This document shows, one piece after another, positions 1 through 13,051 of a stretch of 64,000 bases of DNA. Position 1 is the stretch's first letter. Each line of letters starts with the position of its first letter. Source of the DNA: Antedon mediterranea (taxonomy: Eukaryota > Animalia > Echinodermata); assembly GCF_964355755.1 (NCBI RefSeq), contig NC_092676.1, forward strand, positions 16,572,871 to 16,636,870. Direction: 5' to 3'. The notes under the pieces are model-generated. The model was not told the origin of the DNA and did not search any database. It was given only the letters and a program-made list of their open reading frames with translations. The translations under genes were made by a program, and so were the position numbers.

Positions 1-152
1 GTGAAGTGCTGAACTCAGTTTGATGTTTTTTGCAATATTCAATTTTAAGTTTATTTTTATCATTATTATTAACAGAACAAAATATACTAGGCCTAGGACC
101 TAGCCTCGAAGAACATAATAATTATTGTGTATTTTATTCGTCTTTGATTTTT

Positions 153-951
153 AGTCGCGTGGAAGCGACTCTATAGTTCACTATGTCGGTCGGTTGGTCG
201 GTCTGTCTGTCTGTCGGTCTGTCTGTCGGTCTGTCTGTCTGTCTGTCTGTCTGTCGGTCCGGTATCACTATGCGTTTTATCGCTTTCTGACCTTATCTGG
301 ATATCAGTTTAATCTAGCTAAGTCAATTTTTCACAGAATATTCCTTATGGCCAGGAATCGATGTGGTTATGTTTTCACGGTGCGCAATAAAAAATTACGC
401 GGTCTACGCACGATTTAACGAAATCACGTTTGTAATCATATCTTCACAACCATGAATCACAATTAAATAAAATTTGGTACTCATAAATTTCAGGGCATTA
501 ATCATCATATGGCAATACAATTACGTGCGTAGCGCATGTTACGCATGCGTACGCGCGCTTAAAATTTTCAAAATTTATTTTCGATGAAATAAGAGTACGT
601 TTCAGGCAATTTTAAGCGTTTACAAAATTGCCATGAGTGCGCATATTTTTACGTGCGCACTGCGCATTAAATGTTATTGCGAACTCTTTTTGCCCGATTT
701 CTGTTTTCTTGACTTACTTTTCAACTCGAAATTACGTTATACGAGCACGTCAAAAGTGACAGGCTATGCACGTGTAAATTAAAAAAATATAAATGTTTTT
801 AAACATTTCAACATTTTTAAACATGTTCAGTAATTTCGGTCAGTATAGTTCACTATGTCGGTCGGTCGGTCTGTCTGTCGGTCTGTCGGTCTGTCTGTCG
901 GTCCGGTATCACTATGCATTGTAGCACGCGACTTAATGGCTGTTGGCCTTG
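153..951 (+). mobile_element. Helentron-associated / DINE-1-like non-autonomous element with GTCY microsatellites
   Basis: T-rich flanks; short inverted pair AGTCGCGTG (153-161) / CACGCGACT (925-933); two (GTCG/GTCT)n tracts inside a direct repeat (~172-273 and ~845-917); short GC-rich 3' end before a T run. Confidence 0.6.
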
Positions 952-2339
952 TTTTTTTTAATTGTAGTTTAATCAAACTGTTTAAACAATGTAAACATTA
1001 CTATAATTCAGTATTTTTTAATGTGATTTAGATTTTGAATAAACTTTTAATACAAAACGTCAGATATAGCAGGTCTAATGTCTTTAACAACAACATCTAG
1101 AGAAAAAGAGTACAGTAACTTCGATCTGCACTGCGAACGTGCAAGTATGACCTCAGGAGCTCGGGCATGAATCATGAATATTCATGATATATGCACGCCC
1201 TCTATAGTTTCTGCCTCAACCTAATAGGAAAAAAATACGACCCTGACGTATTTCCCCTAGAACTCTATATATGGCTCTGGCGCTAGCGTTACCTACCATC
1301 GTGACGTCAGCACCGTCTTATAACCAATTGTGTTGTCTACCTCGACGTCATATTTACGTCATATGGTAATTTAAATGTGCTAATTGGGAAGTTTAATGTC
1401 ACATTTATATAATCTATTCGCAATGCACTTTGGTGATCTAAAACCACCATTAAGGAGATATATGGCTTCAAAATGATATAGTAAATAGCGGCCATTTTTG
1501 AATTTATGCTAATTAACACACTTCCTGACGTCCGATTTTGGTAAACTTTGGAAATTATGTTCGTCAGGCAGCATTGTCACTATATTAACTTTACTTCATA
1601 TATTTAGCCAAGTTTGATTTTTCATTTTTAAGTGATCAAGGACATCACAAGAAACAACTTCCAACTTGTTGTCCAAATTCTAAACGCGTTTTTCATTCGC
1701 TGGGGGCGCTTTTTCAAAATGGCCGCCTATGCTATCAAGTACTTATATCTCGGCAACCACTAATTGCAGAGACTTGGTTTTAGTCTTAAAATGTTCGCAA
1801 GGTACATAATTCTATTCACTATAATGAAACATTTTTCCCTAAAATGACCGGAAATACTATTTTTGACCTTTGACCTGATCTTATCATATCTCAATAACTA
1901 TTGGTCAGAAAGAGTTGATATTTATCCCAAATTGTTCAGAAAATACATGTTTCTATTTGCTTTAATGCAAAGGTTTGTTTCAAGATGGCCGGAAAAACCA
2001 TATCTGACCTTTGACCATAACCTGTGTGATACAACATGTTGGTTATAGATAACATTTTTTCGACAGATTGCTCAGAACATCCATATTTGTAACACATTAT
2101 TGATTTTTCAATTATTGATGCTTTAAAATATTCACTTAAGCTTGGAAACTAAGGTTTTAAAATAAACAAACGCCACTCATTATCTCCATACATAATCCTA
2201 GCCTGTGATTGGCTGAAAGTTCAAGCAGATTAGATTTCATGAGTTTAAATGGTAAGTGTTTTTTAAACCGATTTAAACAGTGTTTGCTGGGAAATCATAC
2301 TTATTATTAGTACATATACATTTACTTGTATAATAATGT

Positions 2340-2998
2340 AAAGAAGGTGTCTGATAAGTTCAATTCTTCTGACTTTGCATCTGAATTTGTTAACCTGATT
2401 GTTGGTATAAGCGAACCATTATGATGAAGTTCGTCTTTTATTTGATCAATATCTATCAGGATCTTTAAAAGAATCTACACAAGCTAAGAGAACACAGAAA
2501 ATAACTACCATTTACTACCATGTCAATGACAACACTGAGATTAAGAACATTAAGACATTTTTATCGCACATAGAGACCAAAGCTGAACTTACAAAATACC
2601 TGTCAGAGAAGATACTTAATCACTTCAAGAACAACACGAAGAAGGTCCTAGTAAAACATCACACGTCCATGATGGCAAACAGTGCAATCTCTCAGAAATT
2701 ATCATGATGCCAGAGATGACACACGGACAACACACATTGGAAGAAGGGGACCAACTGGTCTTATTGAATGCCTTTGATTGTATGAACAAAGACCCAAAGT
2801 GCCAATGTTGACATATTTTCTGTAGATACTGATGTCTTTATCCTTTTAACAGGAAGCTATTCTCCACATTTTGTAGGAAAAGAGGGGAAAAATACCTATA
2901 TGGGAATGCTATTACCGACTTGGAAAACAAATATCAGCAGCACTGATTGGATGGTACGCATTTAAAGGTACAGATAACACAGGTACATTAATTGCTGG
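2340..2998 (+). pseudogene. Frameshifted remnant of a PIN/FEN1-like nuclease ORF, probably transposon-borne
   Basis: Manual translation across frameshifts gives YDEVRLLFDQYLSGSLKEST...ETKAELTKYLSE...HTLEEGDQLVLL...IFSVDTDVFILL...ALIGWYAFKGTDNTG, matching the FDxY / EEAD / DTDV / FxGxD motif series. Confidence 0.55.
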
Positions 2999-3048
2999 TC
3001 ATATCTTTGTTGTTTTTGCTTGCTTTTTTATTTTTAAATGTATTTTTA

Positions 3049-3860
3049 CTGATTTCACTCCGGCCGCGCTTCAATCCGGCCGCGATTCATTCCGGCCGCA
3101 GCTATGGTGCGCCCAATGAATCTTTTTTTTTGACACGTTTTTTTGTAGAGAATCAAAATAAACATTTGTAAAATACAGTATATTTTTTCTCTTTCAGGAT
3201 CACAACAACATCGCAAGTGTTTTAAATCAGGTCTAATGCTAAAACAAAATAATTCATGTGTTTTATCTAATGTAATAGGCTAGAGTATATTAATTGTATG
3301 TGATTAATTAATGTAATTGATTGCAATGTACCCTATAATTATGTCATATCATTTTTATCATATATAAATTAAAATATAAAATCATTGTAAATTGGACTGT
3401 AATAAGTATGGGTAATGGCAAGATAAGTGTTATAAAAATAAGGTTTTTAACTAATTTTTAATGTTAATGTAAAGCTATAAAATGTACATAGAAAGAAATT
3501 AAATATTCAAGCATTAAACGGGTATTTGATTATTTGAAAGGAAAAAGTTAAGTTAAGTTTAGTTTGAAAGAAAAAGCAGTTCCAACTTCTTTGAATGTTA
3601 ATGAAAAAAGTAAAATTGTTGCTAATAAATATTCAACTAGTTCCATTTAGGCTTAAATTCTTTTTTCTTTAAAATTCTTTTGGTCACCAAGAATTTGTTA
3701 TATTATTCTGAACAGTATAGAAAACGTAGATATGGGCGCTCCATACTAACGGCCCCCTTTTTGCACAGGTAAGTCGAATTGAATAGCGGCCGGAGTGCAT
3801 AACATCGCGTTAAACTGATACGGCGGCCGGAGTGAAGCGCGGCCGGAGCGGAGTGATCGG
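3049..3860. mobile_element. MITE-like element with GC-rich inverted ends built from CCGGCCGC repeats
   Basis: TCACTCCGGCCGCGCTTCAATCCGGCCGC at ~3056-3083 is the inverse of GCGGCCGGAGTGAAGCGCGGCCGGAG at ~3823-3848; AT-rich interior; TSD not resolved. Confidence 0.55.
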
Positions 3861-4339
3861 CTTCACAACAAAATATTAATCGATCACCGCTGCCGTAAAT
3901 TGTTTTATATCATTATTAATTATACTCCAAGCGGCCAAGTAGTAGAGTTGATTGAAAGAAATCATTCACAGTTCTTTTCTTGAATTGAACTCATTGGGCA
4001 GTGAATGCTGGTAGGCCAAAGTTTTTATATTGTGTTTTTTGGGCCTTGGCCTAGCTAGAGGCTTCATCTAGCCTACTACCTAGGCCTAGGCCTAGTAGTA
4101 GCTGCCTAGGCGATAGACCTACCTTTTTGTAGTATAGGACAAGTAAGAAGGTCCGGGTCCATCCCATCCCTGCTTAGAGATCTAGGCCTAGCCTAGTCTA
4201 ATTAGGAATGGAGGTCGTGTTGAAAAAGAGCGAGCTTATTTAAAAATAAATAAGTTGGTAATAAATACAAAATAGTGTAGGCCTAGCTAGGCCTAAATAG
4301 TATTAGTATAGTAATTCAATTAATTTTGTTTATCTTAAT

Positions 4340-4475
4340 GTCCCATTCCCTACGTTTTTAGATCTAATTCGTCTTTAAACGGTAACAAATGTGAAAATAA
4401 GTCGATTACTATAAATCCCAACATTTATTGCGCGCGGATTGATATTTTCGTTTTTCTTCTTTTTTTTCACCCACT
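4340..4475 (+). mobile_element. Truncated copy of the Kolobok-type MITE at 33014-33639
   Basis: CCCATTCCCTACGTTTTTAGATCTAATT...CGTCTTTAAACGGT...TTGCGCGCGGATTGATATT is colinear with 33017-33207, with deletions. Confidence 0.7.
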
Positions 4476-4586
4476 TCTTATAGTTGGAGCACAATACTGT
4501 ACCTTTTTAACAACAAAGTTTATTCTTCAACAGAATGATATAATTTATAGTGCATAACGCTATATTTGAATACTTCAGAGCCAAAT

Positions 4587-4774
4587 ATGGCTAGCCCAGC
4601 TAGGGGTTCGACTACAACCATGGTCATTGAGAATGATGAACAGACTGAACAGACTGAAGATGTTGTACAGGGGTTTATGTCACAAAGATTGTATATTGAC
4701 CTGCAAAATGAGGAGGAAAATGTAACTTCGGCGACACCCAGTTTATTTGATTTTGAGTCTCCACATCCGCCAAG
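4587..4774 (+). CDS. BAK1: BAK1-like pro-apoptotic Bcl-2 family effector, coding exon 1 of 4 (join 4587-4774, 5108-5251, 6506-6683, 9385-9492; 205 aa)
   Basis: ATG at 4587 after acceptor TTCAG (4578); EQTEDVVQGFMSQRL resembles Bak helix 1; donor AG|GTTTGT, phase 2. Confidence 0.85.
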
Positions 4775-5107
4775 GTTTGTTTTTAATTTAATTAATTAAA
4801 GTTTTTTGTTTCAGTTGCTTTTTAAAAGATGAAACAGGCTTCCATCTATGAAATTTTGTTCTTGTAATATTTACCCCAGTATTCCCACCACCCATCCTAC
4901 TGTAGATGCTTTTTTTAGGCAGAAATCATGAATAATGCATGAGCCTATACCACTCGACCAAACATTTGGCTTGGTGAAAAGGTATTGTGCGATTTCCATG
5001 CTTAAACTATATAGTGCTTTTTATTATTTAATTTAATCATTCATTTATCAATGATTTATATAATTACATTATCCTGTATACTATTTTTTGTTCTCACCAT
5101 TGTATAG

Positions 5108-5251
5108 CAATTCAAGAATACTAGGTCAACGTCTTGCTGAAGTTGCTGGAGAGTTTGATACACAGTATAACAGAACTATTCAACCAATAGTTCATTCACT
5201 CAATATAAGACCTGGTACAGCCTTTGAAGCATTTGAACGTATTGCAGAACT
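5108..5251 (+). CDS. BAK1: BAK1-like exon 2 (BH3 region)
   Basis: TATAG| acceptor and |GTAAGT donor; encodes LGQRLAEVAGEFDTQY...AFEAFERIAEL, colinear with Bak VGRQLAIIGDDINRRY...AYEYFTKIA; absent from the ORF track. Confidence 0.88.
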
Positions 5252-6505
5252 GTAAGTCCTTTTGAATTTTGCTAGATTAAGGGACCCCTCAGGATACAAA
5301 TTTCTTGTAGGAGATTTAGAGGGCTATCCCTGGTACCATCCTAATATCCCTTGTTTTGTTTTTTCTTCTGTGTTTGTATGGTATCGATCTGTTCAGACAC
5401 CATATATAATTTACTTCTTATTCTACAATATCTATGTTAATTATTATCAATGTATGATAATCGGGATGATAATAGTATTATCCGCATATTAAAAATTGAT
5501 GCTGTACAATATTGTTAATAATTATAGGGAAATAATGGAGCCTACTGAAGGTCCTTATACTGTATTATACTTCCAGGGTTCTCGGCATACAGTGCATTTC
5601 ATAAGGCTTGAGAAGAGCTACTGCTTTGAAAAAATAAAATGAAATTTATTAAAACCCAGGCTTCCCATATGTATGATGGGAATTAGTTCCTGTAAATGGC
5701 CTGTATGAGTATTTGTTACAATTGGGCCCACATTAGAAAACTACTGAGAATCTAGGCTTTAGATCAATGGCTTTAAGAAATATGTCTTAAGGTGTTTAGC
5801 AGCCTACAGCAGTGGCATAAGGACTATGGGTGCTTAATTGCTATACCGAGGGGCCCCAGAGTTTAAGGGGCCTGAGAGCATGAGCAACCAAATGCAACTA
5901 CCAAGCGTCAGTGGGTGGGCTCTTAGGAGTGCTAAACCTAAAAATGAGCATCTCTTATATGCGCTATAGGAAGCTGTTGAATTTTAGATATGAATTAATG
6001 CACAAATTTTGTGGATCGGATGTTGTGACATCATCATATTGCCAGTTGAATTATAAACGTTGAATTTTCATATTTTGCGTCATAGTTCATAACATTTAAA
6101 AGAGAGCGCATCCATATTCTATGTATCCAAATTTCTTCAACACGGAATATGTTGTAGCTCAGATAATTCCCTTCCAAAATTGCTATCTACGTGCTTCATT
6201 TTGATGACGTCATCATGTCAAAAAGTTGAATGAAAGGCGGGTCCCATTATTTTCACCTATTCTTCACTATATGTAGTATATACAGTATATAGTGTATACT
6301 ATATATACTTATAAAAATAAGAGAGCACACTAACATTTTATTTTCTTAAGGTCACAATGGCATAATCTCTTTTATGTGCGCAATACTCTAATGTATGACG
6401 TGCATGTGGTGTTTGCATGGCGGATAATCTAACTTGTCCATAGTGATGAGTTCAAATCTAGTTATTATTGGTAATTGAAATTGAGTATTTCTTGTCTTTT
6501 ATTAG

Positions 6506-6683
6506 TTTGTTCAAAGATGGAATTAATTGGGGAAGGATAGTTGCTTTGTTGATGTTTGGTTACCGAATTGCAATAGATTTTTCAAGGAATGCAGCAAATA
6601 TGATTAAACAAGTTATAAAAACAGTTGCTAGGTTTATAATAACTCACCGGATTTCAAAATGGATAGCTGAGCAAGGAGGTTGG
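6506..6683 (+). CDS. BAK1: BAK1-like exon 3 (BH1-BH2)
   Basis: LFKDGINWGRIVALLMFGYRIA...WIAEQGGW; the FGYR motif points to Bak rather than Bax; donor TGG|GTAAGT. Confidence 0.93.
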
Positions 6684-6909
6684 GTAAGTGTTGTTTTATT
6701 TAGTTTTACACTCTCTGTTTGCGAGTGCTACAATTACGGTAATTGGTTTTCCATTGTTTTTTAAATTTACTTTATTACAGTAGCTCAGTATAAATAATAA
6801 AACAACCATTAATATAAATATCGACACAAATTTGTATATTATTAAAATAGTGTAATATGTTATAAACAAACTTTAATAAATTTATTATTATAAACACAAA
6901 TTATAATAA

Positions 6910-8219
6910 CTAGATGGTACGCTCGCTTCGCTCGCGTAACATCTAGGTCGTGCCCACAGATGGTTCTCGAATACACAGTAATTTCAGCGTAACAAAACTG
7001 GTGATTTAAAACGTACGTACCGCAGGACTATAATACATTGTCGTTTACAGAAATGAATAAAAAGACACGATGATTTATGTAGTCAACTAAAATTAGCACC
7101 CTGGGAATTACTTCCGAAGGAGAAACTTATCACAAAATGAGTCCAAATTTTTGATTTGAACTCATTTAAAGAAACCCAATTTGTGTTTTTATGTAACATT
7201 AGGGTTGAGGGATGGGAAAGCGGATAGGTACAAAGAGGAACAATTTTTAAATATATTCTTTATTCACTCAGTAACGAAATATTTTGTTCATGTTTTATTG
7301 GCCTATAAATAATATACCTCTAAATACAGTCAAACATTTGCGATTTAATACTTTGTTAAAACTGTCACTGTCATAATCGATTGAAATATTAAAGTACATG
7401 TCACGATACACCACTACGACGTTTATATTATTGGTAATTATTAATTAATACAAACGTTGAGAAGGAACTGTCAGTATAAAGTTTATTTGTATATAATAAT
7501 GTGTTTATATCTAACAGTAGAGCCTAACCACAATCTCAGTAATAAAGTTTATTTGTATATATTTTTATATTACATCTAACAGTACGAACATTCACAGTAA
7601 GAAATGTTCGATTCAAATGAGGACCAAAAATAGTTAATAGATATTTACAGTATTGTCAAAGTATTGCAAGTTTATTCTCAAAGGGCCCATATATTTACCT
7701 ACTGTATGTGTTAAACCAAGGGCTCATAAATGTACCTACTTGTGTTAAACCAAACTCTGGGATGTTCCATTCATCGCAAATCAATACATTTGTATAATCA
7801 TATATTAAATCTATCAAAATAGTATTTTTTAAGAAAATCGGCCTGTCTTCAACATTATGATGCTGTACTCTAGCTGTTCAACCAGTTTTCAGCTATTAAA
7901 AACAATTATCGTAGGAGGAGATAGGAAAATGCGAAGCCTCCTCGCATTTTTGTGGCGGGTATTTTTCAAGATGGACATCCATTAGACAGTGTATACCACG
8001 ATCGGAAAACACCCCTATTTGGGGCAAATCGTTGAACCTAAATTCGTTTTAATCGTCAATAATTAATTATCTAACTTAATTTAATTAGTAAACAGGGTTA
8101 CATCAGGTGGTTAAAATCAGTACCGAAAGTACGAACCAACTTTATATACCATCGAGTAAAAATTCTAGAAGTAAGGCGCGATTTACCAAATTTTGCCCTT
8201 ACGTAAATTTATATATAGA
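6910..8219 (-). mobile_element. Non-autonomous Helitron in BAK1 intron 3
   Basis: On the minus strand it starts A|TCTATATATA (8219) and ends CTAG|T (6910), with a subterminal hairpin (TAGATG-GTACGC...GCGTAA-CATCTA); no TSD. Confidence 0.7.
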
Positions 8220-8241
8220 TTATATACCCATAATATATTTA

Positions 8242-8673
8242 AGATGTATTGTCCCTTTAACTAATTTAAAATAAAGAAAAAAAAAATTTTCGAAAAAATG
8301 AAGTATCATAATACTTTATAATAACTTTCACCAAAAATTAGTCGAAAAAAACCATTTAACTGAAATACAGCCGTTTTTCAAAAAAATAACTTTGACTTCC
8401 AAAGTCAAAGTTTTCAATCAAAACATTTCTCTTAATGCAACGCGCTTGTTTGGCTACTCTGTATGAATAATCATAAAACTTCCTCGTGATCTGTGTGAAA
8501 ACACCTTCTCAAACGTGACGAGTTGTAAACAATCCTAATTAGCATCATGCCTGTTAATTACTTAAACTTGCTGTTTTTGGCTCGAATTTTTGACTAACTT
8601 TAATATTACTTTGATATGGCCAATTTAGAATATTTTAACCTTCATTTTTTGTGTTTCAAGGGACAATACATCT
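8242..8673. mobile_element. Kolobok-type MITE
   Basis: TIR AGATGTATTGTCCCT / AGGGACAATACATCT; TTAA on the right, TTTA on the left; related end at ~47717-47732. Confidence 0.7.
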
Positions 8674-8681
8674 TTAAAGTA

Positions 8682-9217
8682 CTGGGGTGGATTGCTATAA
8701 AACAGTCTTAACTGATGGTCTTAACTCCCCGATTAAAGCCGGCTTTATCAGATAGACGGTCTTATTAAAGCCACTCCTGTTAGACCATTGCTATAAAACA
8801 GTCTTAGATAAGACCGCGTAAAGTAACAAATTGAGGGCGTACTTTGCGCGTAGAATACCAAATAAGGTAATGTTCGTCACGCTTGTTCAATTCACAATCA
8901 TAACAGTACGTACATTTCTACGCGAGAAAATCCATTCTAGGCCTATATAAGAATAAAATCACCATTATTATTTGATTTAACACTTAAAACTCGTTCAATT
9001 GGTTGTCTTTGACGATAAATAATACGTAAAAGCAACAAAAATAGAGGTTTAAGACTGTTTTTAGACTCCTTCGAGCAGGCTTTAATTTTAAAGACCGTTT
9101 ACAGGTTAGACCGCGGTATAGCAATGGTCTATAAATAAAGACTACTTGCTACGTCACGAATTATAGCCGGCTAAGCGCTAAGACCGTTTATAGACCGCTT
9201 ATAGCAATCCGCCCCAG
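8682..9217. mobile_element. TA-flanked MITE
   Basis: TIR CTGGGGTGGATTGCTATAA / TTATAGCAATCCGCCCCAG with TA on both sides; internal AGACCG repeats; superfamily uncertain. Confidence 0.75.
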
Positions 9218-9384
9218 TATGTACATATTAAAGTATACTTTTGTTCATAATATTATGATATAAATAGACACCTGAAAATGTAATGTAAAAGTTACTCATC
9301 TATTATATAATGCATTCATATTACTGTATATTATTTATTTTTTAACTCTGTAATTAAATAAAAATATTTCTTTTTGTTTTCAAG

Positions 9385-9492
9385 GTTAGTGCAATGACTG
9401 ACTTGACTAGAAACACTGGAGGTAGAGGCTTTTACATAGTTTCTGCTCTAGCTGTATTGGTAATTGCTGCGTTGTACATATCTCGAAGATAA
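9385..9492 (+). CDS. BAK1: BAK1-like exon 4 (C-terminal transmembrane anchor and stop)
   Basis: Polypyrimidine tract plus CAAG| acceptor, phase 0; VSAMTDLTRNTGGRGFYIVSALAVLVIAALYISRR* is a hydrophobic tail with a basic end. Confidence 0.88.
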   Translation, partial: VSAMTDLTRNTGGRGFYIVSALAVLVIAALYISRR

Positions 9493-12400
9493 ACGTACCG
9501 ATGACAGAAGAACATGTTTTGTATGTGGGCTGCATCAGGAGTGTTGCGTCACAACAAAACATCCTTTTACATTCCAAGTTTTATGCTGGAAGGTCCATTA
9601 AGTTCATCTTAAAAAGAATCATCCCCCCCCCCCCCACCCCACCACTCTTTGGTCTGCTTCTTTTCAAGATACATTAGTATGGTCTTCTTTTCGAGATAGA
9701 CTTGTTGAAAATCAAAGGTAATTTATTGCCAGATAATATATGATGCAGATAATTATAATATACTAGATGGTACGCTCGCTAACAGATGATTGAATTTATA
9801 TCATACTGTACATTCATTTTACAGTTTAAAATAATAATTATTTATTGGAAACTTCACTTTTACAACAGTGGCACACTTTGATGATGAAGGTGCATCCAAG
9901 TAATAACTTAAAATGAAACAAAATAAATGTTGTGTGAAATACAGCATACAAGAATAAATAAAATTATTAACTTAAAAATGAATCAAAATAAATGTAAAAA
10001 ATAATAAATAATAAAAAATAATAGAATGTAGTGTGAAATACAAAACATAAGTCTTACAAACAAAAAATAAAACAAACAAAAAATAAAACAAACAAACTTA
10101 AGCAGAATCAAAATATATAAAAATGTTCAGATACACACAAAATAAATAAATAAATCATGGTATGAATCAAAATAAAGAGTATAACGGTGTTTGTAATACT
10201 CAACACTAAGGCATAAAATAACAAAGATACTTAAAAACGTATCAACATTAACTAAACAGCTCTCACCGCCGCGGCCCGGTACGTTTATCTGGTATTTTGA
10301 TCACAAGTATGTAAAATTGGCAGATAATGTCTCAAAAATCCTATTACCGTATTGTAGTAGCAATTCACAAAATGTTCGCATTCATTTCAAAATGAAGCCC
10401 CTCTCTTTAGTTTGCAAAAGTAATCTCGAAAAGAAGCCCACCTTGAAAAGAAGCCTACCCATTAGTACTTAAAAAAGAAGCCCATGGCCTGAGGTTTTAA
10501 GGCATATTACTCTAAACAATGAGATATATATCATTGTGGTTGCAGGATTTTCCCACTGGCGTTCTATGTGTGACATGAAAACCAGAGGGAAAACAACATT
10601 TATGATGTTTTAATAGCCTGATAAGATAAGCAAACTGTACAGTGTCAGTGTACTGTTGTATGTACTCAAAATGCAAATAATTACTTAAATTTGAATAAAA
10701 CATGATTTTTTTTTTCTTTTGATATTCTGAATAAAAATATGAATGAATGAATAGGATTCAATATTTCAAGAATCATTAGGAATTAGATATGTCTATCAAG
10801 TATATTTATAGTTTAAATTATCAGAAATACCAACAAAGTGTTTCATAATTCTTAGGTAGTGATTTGAGTGGATTAGAGTTTCTCTGTGACTCTTAAAAAT
10901 GTAATTTTTTGGCTATTTGGTGTTCCTTTGTTTGCTTTGTTTTTTAATTCCATCTTACTGTTAAATTTCCTAAATAGTAATGAGTAACTAATTTTGATTA
11001 TCAGCATCATGTATGCTTTATGGTTCTTTTTATTTCTTGTTCAGTATTATACTGTAAGATTGATAATAATAGTTGATTTATTTGTAATTAACTGATGTAA
11101 TAACAGTATTATTTACCTTTTTATCTATTCCCTAATAGTTATTAACTTACTAAATACATTCCTAATTTATTTCCTGCGTACCAACGTTGCTTCTTATTAA
11201 TGCTTTTGACTTTTATTATCCAATATTTATTTTTTTGTTGAGATTTCAAGTGTCTTTCTATTGATAAAAACCTTTTTGTCTTGCTATACTCTTCCCTGGT
11301 TATATTTTACTATGAATTTAATATTAATTGGTCCATTGTTTTGAACGTTCATATTTAAGAAACAGTAGCAATAAATAATAATTGGTTTTATATGCTAATA
11401 AATGATTGCGGATTGTTACCCGTTTTATGAATCTTAGTACATAATTGGCCATTTTATATTCTTGGGAATGCTACAGTTACTCTTTCTTTAATTAAGATCC
11501 TGTGAATCACACAATATCAGAAGTTACAAATTATGGTTTCAGCTTTTATTGATTAATTGTGATAATTTCAATTTTCTCTAATTTTTTTTTTCACTTGAAA
11601 TGGCAGATCCATAAATAATTATTTGTTTACCTTTTTTATTAAAATTTGAATACTCTCTTCCGAATAAACATAGAAAATCATGTAGAATAAACACCCCCCG
11701 GCCCAGTGCATTATTTTTTTCCTCAAATAAAAACGCCATTCCACATATATATACACACAATATTGTATTACAACAAACTTCCATGATCAAAAATTTACCA
11801 GGCATTTTGATACAATTTTTTTGTATTTTATCACTTCTTAATTATATTAATCTTTCAGATCTAGTAAGGAGATTATATTTGATATTTGAATTGAATATAA
11901 TAAACAGTAATCAGTTTTATCATTATCACTGAAAAGTTAGTTATTTTAATGAATGAGAGTGATTTTAAGGTTTAATTTAGATAACCATATAGAGAAGTGT
12001 ATAAACAATTCCAAAGTTGATTGTAGTAGGGTGTTATAATTGCCATTCATGAATAAGTGTTAAAAATATAATATCAAATTTTATATGTTTTTAAGGTACT
12101 TTTATATAAACGTTTTTGTCTATTTTTAATATGGGAAAAAATGTTATATAAAAACATAAGTGATGTTTTAACATTTGTATGTGCAATTACAGAATAAAGA
12201 CAAATGTATGCATTTCATGTGTCCATAGACTAGACGTTTGATTTACTTTAAAGAAGTCCTGGGAAACAAGGGGGAAATAGTTATTGCATTTGATTAAAGT
12301 TGTATTTGCAATATTTTAATCAATAAATAGATAAATGTGTTGAGTTGAGTTGTAAAACCCACCTGGAATCTGGGTGTTTCATAATGAATTTATATTTACT

Positions 12401-12905
12401 TTTACATATCGAAATTTCGACATAACAAAGTAATATCTTCGTGATTGACATAAGGTTCATTGTTAATATAAAGCACACCTCCCAAATTGCGACATAGGCT
12501 TGTTAAAACCCATTGATCTGATTGGTCAATAGTGTACCTCCGGGTTTAAAATTACATGTTGAAATGAATGATTAGTTTTTGCATTGAGTAATAATTATTA
12601 CTCCATGGTTTTGTTAATTGCGACCACAGCAACTGTCAAAAACGTACGATTTTTCAGCAAATCAACTCTCAGTCAAAAGTCAATGAAAAAATCCAGAGGC
12701 GGTATTGAAATCATTGTTTATATGTTGACCTTCATGCTCTGATTTACGTAGATTGACTGCGTGGTGGAATAGTCGGCCCACATGATACTCCAGAAACAAT
12801 CGCGCCTTTCTTCTATTCACACTACTGGATTAGGGAAATCCAGTGAGTAGGTTATATCTTTTTACTATTTCTTTGTCAAAAATTCCAAGGTTGAGAACGT
12901 GATAG

Positions 12906-12928
12906 TGACGTCACGTCGGGTATATATC
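12906..12928 (+). promoter_or_regulatory. Full CRE palindrome plus TATA-like element upstream of stefin gene 1
   Basis: TGACGTCA at 12906-12913 and TATATAT at 12921, about 130-145 bp before the ATG; function inferred from motif only. Confidence 0.4.
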
Positions 12929-13051
12929 TAGGTACGTCAGGAAGCTCTCTATTAATATTAGACAACAAGCTGTTACACAGTCATTCACAAGAGTAATTAT
13001 TGCCGCTCGTATCGCGTATTAAAGTTTGATTATACGTAATACTAATAGAAT

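Noticed and set aside
194-418. 74-aa ORF
   Set aside because: Microsatellite translation inside a repeat element
3555-3600. THAP-like LKEKAVPT motif
   Set aside because: No upstream C2CH residues in frame and stops nearby; too short to support
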